This document shows, piece after piece, positions 50,220-62,307 of a DNA stretch of 64,000 nucleotides. The stretch is from assembly GCA_043228905.1 (NCBI GenBank), contig JBHGNT010000009.1:14198001-14262000 (forward strand), given 5' to 3'. Position 1 is the first letter of the stretch. Every line of letters starts with the position of its first letter. Origin of the DNA: Azolla caroliniana (lineage: Eukaryota > Plantae > Polypodiophyta). The notes beneath the pieces are model-generated. The model was not told the DNA's origin and did no database searches. It saw only the letters and a program-made list of their open reading frames with translations. Made by a program: the position numbers and the translations under genes.

Positions 50220-53200
50220 TGTTGAGAGACAAGCTCAACATCGGCCGGATCGGCTGAAGAAGCCGAGGACCGGATCGGTTGGGACCGATCGGTTAGGCCG
50301 AGTGCGTAAACCGGGAGGTCGTTAGGAAAGATATTCCGTGAGGAATATATTTGGGAGTTAGTGTAGGAGCTCTTGATGAGCATTGAAGTACTGTCAGTAC
50401 TTCGGTTAGTCCTTCTAGGACTTGTATAAAAGTGTTCACTGAGCACGTCTTATGTACAAACTGAGTATTATTGTTGAATATATTTTTTGTGTCTTCTCTC
50501 TCACTCTCTCTGTCTCTCCTGCGTATACCGTGTAAGCCCAAGCTCTCCATTGAACCAAAGTTTCCTTCCTTCTGTTCGTTCTTCATACCTGCTTCCGCAC
50601 GTTACTTTTTACATGGTATCAGAGTGCGAGGGTTGAGAACCTCTCTGCAGCCGACACAGCTTGACGAAGAAGAACAAGAAGAACGATGGATAGAGGCATC
50701 GCGAGCTCGCTTCCATCAGAGAAGCTCGACAGAACCAACTACGCGTCTTGGTCCTACAAGATGCACCAATACCTACTCGGACACGGTTACTGGAGTTATG
50801 TCGAAGGAGCTAATGACGTGGCACCCGAATCGACACACAGAGACTTCCCGTCGTGGGAGCAATCAGCGAGCAGGGTATTATACTGCTTCGCGTCGTGTGT
50901 GGGCGAACAGCTATTGAGCTATGTTCGGGATGCAAAGACGTCGAAGGGTACGTGGGAAAATCTGAAGAAGATTTTCGCCGCGAGCACCACAACTAGGAAG
51001 CTTCAGCTCCGACAGGAGTTGAGCAACCTACGACAACACGATTTGTCGGTGGCGGACTATACCTCGAAGATCAAGGATATCTGTGACTCCCTCGCCTCCA
51101 TAGAGGTGAACATCGAGGAGAGCGAGATGGTCTAGATTTGTCTCGGAGGTTTGGCGTCGAAGTTCGGAGCGTTCCGAACGGCTGTGTGTACCCAGGAGAA
51201 TACGCCGTCCTTTTTCGACTTATAGTCGATGCTCCTGGTAGAGGAGAACCACGCGAGTGCGTCTACAAGCACGCACGCCGACAGCAGAATGCTGTACATG
51301 GAGGGAGATAGGCCTTGTGGATGTGAAGGACGAGGCGAGTCGGGGCGCAATGAAGGCGGCCGACGAGATCAAGGAAGAAGGCACCGAAGTGATGCCAACA
51401 GCAACTCCGGACCCTCCAGAAACAGGGGGAGTTGAAGCGATGAGAACCGGCAAGGGAAGGCAATCGCGGAGTGTTGGTACTGTGGCAAGAAAGGCCACAA
51501 GGAAAGTGAGTGCTGGAAGAAGCGCGCCGATTCGGAGAGAAATGGCTCCGGACATACCCACAAGGGAAATTGGCAGCGATCGCACTACGCCAAAGACTCC
51601 GGGAGAGCTGGAGAAGGGTCTGTCTTCGTGACGAGACACGAAGCAAACTCAATGAAACAGAGCACCCCGAGATCGGACGAGGTGTGGTATGTAGACTCCG
51701 GCGCGTCAAACCACATGACGAGCCATAAGGAGTGGTTCTCGTACCTTGAAAAACCGATACAACCTGGAGTAGTCGCAACAGGAGATGACACTCCGCATCC
51801 GATCGCGAATGTCGGAGAAGTTCCCCTTAGCCATGTCGGGCAAAAAGGGAAGCTCATGAACGTGCTGCACGTTCCGACAATCACGAAAAACTTGGTCTCG
51901 GTCGGACAGATCGTCGACCAAGGGATGGAGGTTCGGTTTACACACCTCGAGTGCTTCATTGAGGAAGAAGGCCGTGTGATTGCGCAAGGGCGCAAAGACG
52001 GGAGGATGTTCATCCTCGACTCCACTAACGGCAGCACCGTAATGTTCGCAAAGGGACAAAAGACCGAGTCGGACATCGACTTGTGGCACAAGCGGATAGG
52101 CCACGTCAACCACCAACGGCTTCAAGATCTGCAATCGAAATAGGTAGTATTCGGATTACCCAAATTTAGTGGCCGAAAGGCACAAATTTGTGAAGCCTGC
52201 CAGCTCGGGAAGCAACACCGACTTCCTTTCCCCAACGAGCGAAGTCAGAGCTGGAATAAGCTTGACCTTATATGGGGGCCGGCACAAAACGTTAGTCTTG
52301 GCGGGAGCCGATATTTCATCTCCTTCATCGACGACCACACGCGACACACGTGGATCTACCTCATTGAGAGGAAGAGCAAAGTCTTCGACTGTTTCCGGGA
52401 CCTCAAAGGGTTCGTGGAAACGGAAACGGGACGAAAGATCAAGTGTCTGCGGTCGGATGGCGTGAAAGAGTACTTTTCCGGTCAATTCAACGATTATCTA
52501 CAACAAATGGGAATTCGGTGCGAATTCAGTTGTAGATACACGCCAGAGCAGAACGGCGTGGCCGAGAGGAAGAATTGGTCAGTTGTGGAAGCGGCACAGG
52601 CAATGCTGGAGGAGAAGAGCTTGCCCAAGTTCTACTGGGCCGAGGCGGTAAGGACCGCAGTATACATCCAGAACCGGATCGGAGACAAAGTGTCGGCGCA
52701 CGAGCTATATTTCGGAACGAAGCCGAACTTGCGACACTTGAGGGTGTTCGGTAGCATTGCGTATGTGCATGTATCGAAGGAGAAAAGGAGGAAGCTGGAC
52801 GCAAAGGCCGAGAAATGCATCTTAGTCGGTTACTCGGACGAGCAGAAGGGTTATAAGTGCTATAACCCTCGCACCAAACAAGCGGGTGTCAGCCGCGACG
52901 TTGTGTTTGAGGAGTCCGCGTCCTGGTACCTGCCCCCGACTACGAACCTCGACTCCAATCCGAGCTCTGACGATGAGGTCAGCGAGGCCGAGATGCCTCC
53001 GGATGAGCCCGAAATCGAGACCCGCGAAGAGAGTCCGATTTCACTCCGGTTAAGTGGACCGATTGGACGACTGAGTCGGTACGACCAGTCCGATGAAGAG
53101 CCGGCGAGTAGTGGAAACTCGGTCGTGCATTCCCCGCGCAGGAAGCTAAGGAGACGGCTCATGCGCGAAGAGAAAGAGAAGAAGGTGTCGGATTCCGGCA

Positions 53201-55888
53201 CTGAAAGGAACGAGTCAAACCGACGCGAGTCCGACTCCGAGGGAACTGGTGACGGGTCTTTAAAGGTGAAGACCACATCGACCGAGAAGGCCTCGACATC
53301 GGCTAATGTGAGATTACGCTGATCTACCCGCCAGAAGAATCTTGTTTTGCGGTTCGGATACAATGAGTACATGGCGCATCATTATGCGTACATGACCCGT
53401 GTAGCGGAAGTGCGTGAGCCGGAGAGCTACGCAGAAGCAGCTAAAGACACGAATTGGCGTGCCGCGATGGAAGAAGAGATGCACGCATTGGCGAAGAACG
53501 AAACCTGGGACCTGGTTGACGCACCGAAGGGTGTGAAGCCAATCGGGTGTAGATGGGTGTACAAAGTCAAGTACAACACCGATGGCTCGGTCAACCGGTA
53601 CAAGGCTCGGCTAGTGGCAAAGGGCTACGCGCAGAAACACGGCATCGACTATGATGAGACGTTTGCGCCGGTCGCGAAAATGATGACCGTCCGTGTTGTG
53701 CTCGTAGTAGCTGCGGCGAAGGGGTGGCACTTACATCAAATGGATGTAAAGAATGCGTTCCTGCAAGGTGACCTTGAGGAACAGGTGTACATGGTACAGC
53801 CCCCCGGATTTCACTCCGGAACGAACTCCTCGGCAGTATGCCGACTGAAGAAGTCCCTCTACGGATTGAAACAAGCCCCGCGTGCCTGGAACACAAAGAT
53901 CACGCAACAACTGCGTCGGATGGGCTTCGTCACGTCAAAATCGGACTCTTCCCTATTCATCCGAAAAGGTCGACTCAGACCGGTTAGTATTTTACTATAT
54001 GTTGATGACTTGGTCATCACCGACGCCGACCTCGGTGAAATCGACCGCGTGAAGCTCCAACTTGCGGCATTGTTCGACATGAAGGATCTGGGGGACCTTC
54101 ATTACTTCCTCGGGATCGAAGTGATCCGTACCCCCGAAGGCATATTGATCAGCCAACGTCATTACGTGCTGAGTATGCTCTTCAAACTCGGGATGGCCGA
54201 CTGTATGTCCGTCTCGACTCCTCTGGACAGAACCGTCAAGCTTCGTCCTGATACGGGAAAGGTATGCGACCCGACGAGGTTCCGACAAATTGTCGGAAGC
54301 CTCATATACTTGACCATCACCCGACCCGACCTCAGTTATCCGGTCGAAGTGATTAGTCAGTTCATGGCGCGTCCTACCGAGGAGCACCTTCAGTGTGCGC
54401 AACGCGTACTGCGGTACGTAAGCGGCACTAAGGACCGCAGACTGCTATATCGGACTGGTGCAGCCGCGCAATTAGTCGGCTACACCGATGCTGATTGGGC
54501 TGGCAATGCCGCCGATCACCGATCCACGTCTGGATACGCGTTCTCCCTCGGGAGTGCCGCGATAGTGTGGAGCAGTAAGAAGTAGCCGACAATTGCACTA
54601 TCGAGCACCGAAGCTGAGTACCGAGGAGCGGCTGTCGCGACATGCGAAGCCATATGGTTGAAGTGGCTACTTAAGGACCTGCAAGAGGAAGTGTCAGACC
54701 CAACGACGATCTACTGCGACAACCTCAGCAACATCCAACTCACGAAGAACCCCGTCTTCCACACACGGACCAAGCACATTGAGTTGCACTACCATTTCGT
54801 CCGTGAGCGTGTCCTTTCCGGTGAAGTCGAACTTCAGTACGTTCCGACAGATCGGTAGACTGCCGACATCTTCACTAAGCCCCTTGGTCTGGACAAGTTG
54901 CGGCAATTCTCCGGTGCGCTCGGATTGCGTCACCTCGATGTGCCAAACTTGAGGGGGAGAACAATCCCGAATGACCAAGCAAGGCAACAGGAAAGGAGCG
55001 GAGACCATGACACCAAGTCGGTCGACTCGGTTGTTGACTCGGTTGTCGAGTTCGACTTCGGATCAGTTGAAGAAGCCGAGGGCGGACCCGCGGAAAAGTT
55101 CGGAAGAGGACAGAAGGGGAGCAGCCGAAGGAGAGAGCCAAAGCCAACCACGCATGAGGAGGACGACGCCATCGAGGGCGAGAAGACTGAAGACGAGTTG
55201 GAGATAGCCAACTCGGATGAGAGCGAAAACCGATTGGAGGAAGCCGAATCGGTTCGGATGTTTGATTCAGACACGTTGAATGAACCGATGCCCATGCGGA
55301 AGAAAAGGCAGCAGAAGAAGCATCAACACCGCAACAACAGAAGAGCTGATGAGGGACACATGAGCAGACAAGCCGACCGGAAGGGTCGAAGCGCGCGGAG
55401 TCGAACAGGTCGAGGAGCGCGAGCGAGGCAAGAAGCCAGGAGGAACCGGTGCTGTGAAGATCCCGAAGAGCCTCAAGTTGAGCTTGAGGGGGGGTGTTGA
55501 GAGACAAGCTCAACATCGGTCGGATCGGCTGAAGAAGCCGAGGACCGGATCGGTTGGGACCGATCGGTTAGGCCGAGTGCGTAAACCGGGAGGTCGTTAG
55601 GAAAGATATTCCGTGAGGAATATATTTGGGAGTTAGTGTAGGAGCTCTTGATGAGCATTGAAGTACTGTCAGTACTTTGGTTAGTCCTTCTAGGACTTGC
55701 ATAAAAGTGTTCACTGAGCACGTCTTATGTACAGACTAAGTATTATTGTTGAATATATTTTTTGTGTCTTCTCTCTCACTCTCTCTGTCTCTCCTGCGTA
55801 TACCGTGTAAGCCCAAGCTCTCCATTGAACCTGAGTTTCCTTCCTTCTGTTCGGTCTTCATACCTGCTTCCGCACGTTACTTTTTACA
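50220..55888 (+). mobile_element. Ty1/copia element B, full length, related to copia A
   Basis: 394-bp LTRs at 50220-50613 and 55495-55888, PBS TGGTATCAGAG at 50614, PPT GAGGGGGGG, complete domain order; TSD unclear within the repeat array. Confidence 0.95.
50686..55500 (+). pseudogene. copia B polyprotein (stops and frameshifts) with a charged C-terminal extension
   Basis: CWYCGKKGH, WYVDSGASNHMT, LRSDG, PEQNGVAERKN, LLYVDDL, YTDADWAG, RTKHIELHYHFVRE. Confidence 0.93.
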
Positions 55889-56056
55889 GTTAGCTATCCT
55901 ACTAGTTGTGTAATCCTAGTAGTTAATTAGCTATCCTAGTAGCTAATTAGCTACTAGGATAGCTAATTAGCTAGTAGGATAGCTAATTAACTACTAGGAT
56001 AGCTACTAATTAGCTATCCTAGTAGCTAATTAGCTATCCTAGCTACTACCATAGTT

Positions 56057-59000
56057 AACACCGGGTCATTTGAAACAGGTAATATGTCGCATTCTCTTTT
56101 TCATATCTTAGTGAGATGTTAAAAAATGCCTTATTTAAGCAGAATTTCAACAAGGCACAACGCATGTGTATGTGGTTTATGAAAACATAGCGAAAAAAAG
56201 AACTAACTAATATCACGTCAACAAAATCATCCGATGTATATTCTATCTACCATGTTTTTGTCCAAATCTTAGACAAGGGTGTATTTGTCAACACAAGTAT
56301 AATAGTAACACGGGTCCTTGTGCATATTCTAAAAAGCATGCCCCATTGAATAAGTGACTTCTTCTAATTATGTGTGTATATTTAAATATAATACATCTTA
56401 AAGCAAATTGTGAACCTTGCAATTAAGAGATACTACTATGTCAAGAGAAAATTTCCATTGACACGTGATACATGACACTGTCAATGTATAAATAAACTAG
56501 TCTACAATAACATTCCAATCATATGAGTAAATGATAGAGTATAAACTTATCTCCGATATACCCCAAATGATAAAGGAGAGTTTAGATAACATGTACACAT
56601 ACAAGTATACTTAATTTCTAAGTTCAATGATTGTTACATGAAAATTATAAGTAAGCTCAACTTATATATTACGTCAAAATTTAACAATTCATATTGTTCA
56701 AAATTTACAATAAGCCATAACCAATCAATCGAATAATAAGTCTGGTAAAGCCGTCTACTCAGGATTAGCTCTTTTATCAGGATTGACCTCATTGGCTTCG
56801 TCAATACGCTAAGTTGAATTGTTAGTATGTTCAGACTCTGAAACGTCTTCTAATTCAACAAGTTGCCCTGCGTCTTCATCTATAGTTCCACAAGTTTTCT
56901 AAAAGTCATCTGGAACATCTAAGTTTTATTGATATGCTTTGCCCCAACTTCTTGGTCTTGATCAGGACAACCCCAGATACCTTGGATCCTCATTTTGATG
57001 ACATTAACTTGCTCAAGGTCCTTCTCTAATGCAACAGAGTTCCTGATAATCTTTAAGGCGTATGTTTTAGTAGTACATGACAGTAGAATGAAATTGCACA
57101 GGTAACATCAAACTGAAGAATAGAATATAACGTTAATCTAAATTGATGTAAGTTTTATATTATATACCAGTGTCAGAAAACTAATCTAAAACCCATTGAA
57201 AATTTGAAACAATAAAATTTGAAAAAATAAAAAATCTTGGATTTTTAATTGGAATCCAATGCGATGCCCTAGATTTCAATTGAAAATCCAAGTTTTTTTT
57301 TTTTGGTAATTTTAAAAAAAATTTCCATTAAAAAATAAAAAATGGATTTTCAGCTAAAATACTATGCACTACATTATATTTTAGTATATATAGCTAGAAT
57401 CTAATGCAATGCGTTGGATTAGAGTCGAAAATCCATTTTTCTTTTTTCTTTTTCCAATGTTATTTATTTATTTATTTTCCATATAAAAAAATAATAAACG
57501 GCTTTTCAACTGAAATCCGATACACTACATCAGATCATAGTCTATACAGCTAGACATTGATGCATTGCATCAGATTTTAGCTGGCACTCCTCTTTCTTTT
57601 CAATTGTTTTTCATTTTTTCAAAAAATAAATAAAAATATATTAAAAAAGTGGATTTCCAACTGAAATCTAATGCACTACATCGAATTTCAATTAAAAATC
57701 CAAATTTCTTTTAGGTTTTTCATAAAACAATGAGATAATAAAAAAATATTACATTTTCAACAAAATCTGAACCATTGAGTCGGATTTCAATTGCAAATTA
57801 ATGTTTTATGAAAAAACATAAGAAAAATATTGGACTTTCAACGGAAATCCGATGCACTGCATCGGATTTCTGTTGAAACTCAGTGATTTTGAACGGAAAT
57901 CCGATGCAGTGCATCGGATTTCCATTGAAAATGATCTGTTTTCAACGGGAATCCGATGCACTGCATCAGATTCCCGTTGAAAACACATCATTTTAAATGG
58001 AGAAAATCATAATTTGTTTATTTTTAACACTTTTTTAGAGAAAAATATAAACAAATAAGAAAATTTGTAAAAAAACAAGAAAAAGTGGACTTTCAATGGA
58101 AATCCGATGCAATGCATCGGATTTCCATTGAAAATCCATTTTTTTCAATTCCTATATATTTATTTATGATAAAAACAAAAAAAATTCAAAACAAATACAA
58201 AAAAAAATTCAAAATATCTGAAAAATTGGAAACAAATAAGACAAAATGGATTTTCAATAGAAATCCGATGTAGTGCATCGGATTTCTGTTGAAAACCCAT
58301 TTTTTGCAATATTTATTTATTTATTTATGGGAAAAAATGAAAAAAAATTTAAAAAATACAAAAAAATATTTTAAAATATGAAAATTTGGTAACAAATAGC
58401 AAAAAGTGGACTTTCAATAGAAATCCGATGCAATGCATCGGATTTCCTTAGAAAATTCATTTTTTCAATTTCTATATAGTTATTTATGAGAAAATAGACA
58501 AACAAAATACCAAAAAAATTCTAAAAACTATGAAAATTTGGAAAAAAATAAGAAAAAGTGGATTTTCTACGGAAATCCGATGCAGTGCATCTGATTTCCA
58601 TTGAAAATCTATTTTTTCAATATTTATTTATTTTTTATAGAAAAAATTCAAAAAAATTCAAAAAGAAATCAAATTTGGAAACAAATACGTAAAAGTGGAC
58701 TTTCAACCAAAATCTGATGCAGTGCATCGCATTTCCGTTGAAAATCTATTTTTTCAATTTTTATTTATTTTTTATGGGAAAAATAAAAACAAATTCAAAA
58801 ACAATTCAAAAAATAAGAAAATTTTCAAAAAAATAAGAGAAATGGGATTTTCAATTGAATCCAATGCACGGAATTGGATTTCCATTGAAATCTAATTTTT
58901 CAATTTTTATTTATTTATTTACGAGTAAAATAAAAAATGTTTATTTATTTATTTATGGGAAAATGTTTTATTTTTTCAATTTGTATTTATTTATGTATTT

Positions 59001-59975
59001 TCGGGAAATCCATGCAATGTATCATATTTTAGTCTATGTAGCTAGAATTCAATGCAATGCATTAAAATGCAAGAGTATTTTTTTAATGGAAATTTAAAAA
59101 AAAATTCCAAGACTTACAGGAATCTGATGCATTATATCCAATTCTAGATGTATAGAGTAAAATTCGACATGTTGCGTCAAATCTAGATGGAATGAATCGG
59201 ATTTCTGTACGACATCAAAGGCTTACTATGAGAATCTAAGAAAAATGGAAAACATCTTTAAGACATTTTTTAGATTCTAATGATTTTGGCAGAAAGCTTC
59301 TCTCGCATAATCTAATCTTGTAAATGGAAAGTACATAATGAAATATCATAACCAAAAAGTGAGGAGGAAAGATGCATCAACCACATCTACTCTTACATTG
59401 GATAATGTTTATATATTAGTGTATGACTTATCTTTGACCAAAACAAGTTATCTGTGACAGACCACAATGAAGATACTAAAAGAGGATCTGGAATGTGGCT
59501 TCAGACACAAAACAAAGACAAACAAGAAGCATGACTCATAAACTCGATGAGGTTGGATTGCAATTGGATCAACACAATGCATTAGTTGCCATTGATGATG
59601 AGGATGAGACCTCATAAACTCGTACTAGTTCATCTAATGGGTATGAAGATGATGACATAAACTTGAAAAATGATTGTCCTGATACGTTAACTATAAATAT
59701 TGTATTGCACATCAAGATTTGGATTCAGAATTTCTATAAATATTGGGGTTAGTCATTTTGGACATTCATTTGTAAGTTTGGCATGTCCATTATTTAGGCA
59801 TTTTTTTGAACACCTAAATTTCCGTACATGTTAAAAATCAATATATTTTTGGGTCATTTTTTAAATTCCTTTACGCATGCGGCACCCCTTTTTGTGAATC
59901 ACCCTAATTTGTGTCATTTTTTGATGGACAATTCTCAAAATGCGACATATTACCTGTTTCAAATGTCCCGGTGTT
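56057..59975. mobile_element. Non-autonomous TIR DNA transposon (37-bp TIR, 4-bp TSD)
   Basis: AACACCGGGTCATTTGAAACAGGTAATATGTCGCATT and its inverse (1 mismatch); AGTT duplicated at 56053-56056 and 59976-59979. Confidence 0.88.
57240..59070. repeat. Array of ~40-bp palindromes with AT-rich spacers
   Basis: More than ten variants of TTTCAATGGAAATCCGATGCA-A-TGCATCGGATTTCCATTGAAA. Confidence 0.9.
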
Positions 59976-60201
59976 AGTTGAGTAAAGTAGCTAATTAGCT
60001 ATCCTAGCTACTACCATTGTTGAGTAAAGTAGCTAATTAGCTACTAGCTATCGTACTAGCTAATTAGCTATCCTAATTAGCTATCGTACTAGCTAATTAA
60101 CTATCCTAGCTTCTACCATAGTTTAGTAAAGTAGCTAATTAGCTATCCTAAATAGCTGCCATGTTATTGTAGAATCTTGTCGATTAAGGACGGCACATGA
60201 T

Positions 60202-60708
60202 GTGTCTGGTGCTGATGACGCTACAACAGATGAGGATACTGCTGCCAACGTGGTTGGATGTAAGAGTCCTGCTATCACATCTCCTTCAGATCAGCTCCAC
60301 CCTATTCTTTTGGAACAATGTACTAAATTAGGCAACAATGTGAAATGCCATGAAATAGTGGAAACAACATGTAAAACTGAGGTTCACAACAACAGTGTTT
60401 ATGAACACTTGATGCAACATTTCTTCGAATCTCAAGACCTTGATTCCACCCCACCGAGCCCAATTACTGAAAATGTCCAAACAGATCCCTCTGTACTTGA
60501 AAAGCTAGTTCAAGAAACGGCTGATGTGCAATTAGCTGCTGAGGCGATGGGAAGGTTGTCAGAGGAGGACACACTTGCGCATTGGGTGAAAGAAGCAAGG
60601 CTAAATGGGCAATCGGCCAGAAAAAGGCTGAAGAAGGGGCCACGATCGGGAACAAGACCAGTTACTCGCTCAAGGGGCCTAGACGTAGTGGAGCGAAATA
60701 CTGTTTAG
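60202..60708 (+). CDS. Hypothetical exon or ORF within the transposon (acidic region then basic NLS-like tail)
   Basis: 168-aa open frame after a possible splice acceptor; no recognisable domain. Confidence 0.35.
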   Translation: MSGADDATTDEDTAANVVGCKSPAITSPSDQLHPILLEQCTKLGNNVKCHEIVETTCKTEVHNNSVYEHLMQHFFESQDLDSTPPSPITENVQTDPSVLEKLVQETADVQLAAEAMGRLSEEDTLAHWVKEARLNGQSARKRLKKGPRSGTRPVTRSRGLDVVERNTV

Positions 60709-61241
60709 TTGGATATGATTGTTAGCTTAGGGATTTTTCTAGGGTTTTATGAAGTTTTACTATCCTGTTGGACAAGTAAAACCTCAGATTGGTTGTTGCT
60801 TGATCCACATTATGTAATGGAACTCTATGATGTTTTTCCAAGATAATTTGAAGAGTGTTGTTCTATGACTGAAACTCTCTGATGTTTAGGATGTTGTTTT
60901 GTGAGACTGTTAGTTACTTTGTGAGTGTGAATATGTTGGTGTTTTCTGATGTTGCAGAGTCTAAAGGGTTTGATTCTATTGCTCGTAAGGCCAATGGCAG
61001 TGTGGATACTGTTGATGTTGCGGCATGTTTAAAGGGCCCCATCTTGAAAGTAGATGTAGCAACTGACACAAGTGATCTGGTCACACAAGTTGATCAAGCA
61101 TGTTGCACAGATGACTTGGTGTTGTAGGTAGATGCATCATGTTGCACGGATGACTTGGTGTTGTAGGTAGATGCAGCATGTGATACCAGTGGACTGATAT
61201 CGAGCAGATCAGTAGCTACATGCACCGAGGTAATCCAAGGA

Positions 61242-61751
61242 TTGATAACTAAGTCGACAAAACAAGAGCACCAGAATGTGAAGCCAAGCCCAACACAGTC
61301 GACTAGGGGTTTGAGGAGGAAAAGGACGCCAGTTGTGTCGGCCGAACCTGAGCTGATTGAGATTGATCGTGTCCTACCAGAAAATGGTGTAACAATGGCT
61401 CAATTTCAGGAATGGAAACCTAAACCACTAGAAGTCGAAAGAAGAGCCTTGATCTTGGAGCTTAATAAAGTCTTGATGAGTGTGAGATATATGCAGCCAA
61501 GGAGGGACGCGAATCAGTTTCTAGAGTGGGTTGTGCAATACTTTGATTTGTTTATTTGGAGTGAAAAACCAAAATCAGATGTGTGGAAGTGTTTAGCAAG
61601 ATTCTTCCCAAAATGGCGAAGTCGTTTTAAAGGTCAATGGGCACGAGAAAATTGTGAGCAAATGGAAGCTGCAAGATTCAAGAGACTTTCTGATTTTTGG
61701 GCTACTTGGCCTAAATATAATGCCGACAATACATTGATTTTGGATACATAA
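61242..61751 (+). CDS. Hypothetical transposon accessory ORF
   Basis: 169-aa open frame, Trp-rich and globular-looking; no recognisable family. Confidence 0.35.
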   Translation: MITKSTKQEHQNVKPSPTQSTRGLRRKRTPVVSAEPELIEIDRVLPENGVTMAQFQEWKPKPLEVERRALILELNKVLMSVRYMQPRRDANQFLEWVVQYFDLFIWSEKPKSDVWKCLARFFPKWRSRFKGQWARENCEQMEAARFKRLSDFWATWPKYNADNTLILDT

Positions 61752-62307
61752 CATTTCCGGCACTACTTCAATATTCAGAGATGTTGTCTCATTCTACCCG
61801 AGGAAATGCCTGAACAGTACCTGGTGCAAACAATGAGCTACCAACTAGGTGCATGTTTGTGGACTCCATACCGAGATCGATATGCGGATAATATATGTAG
61901 ACTCGTTCCACTGACTAGCAAGAGCTTAGCTGTTTATAGGAGATTTGTAGACATTTCCAATGGTAATTTATAAATATGTAAAGAGATGACATTATTCAAT
62001 GAAGAATTTAATTACTTGTTCCCATTGTACTTATCTACTGTGTAATTTGAGGAATATGTTGCAAATTGTTGATTTCATGCTATTGATGACTATTTAGCTA
62101 TTGACAGCTAATTAGCTGCATTTGTACAGCTAATTAGCTACTGATGACTATTTCGCTATAACTTAACAAAAAAGACATGATTTTATTGAGAAAGAAGCAC
62201 AGAAAGCAGACTGTATACAAGAAATTGATTCTCAAACGAATTTATTTAACTGTTTTCGCGAAATACATGTTTGTTTTACAAGAGAACATGGTAATTGCTA
62301 CTTGTTG

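Noticed and set aside
1780-55721. Numerous 60-290 aa ORFs antisense to or overlapping gag/pol and extra ORFs
   Set aside because: Shadow frames of GC-rich retrotransposon coding sequence with no recognisable domains.
57240-59070. CRISPR-like array of palindromic repeats with spacers
   Set aside because: Eukaryotic transposon context, degenerate repeats, spacers that are low-complexity, similar to each other and variable in length, and no cas genes.
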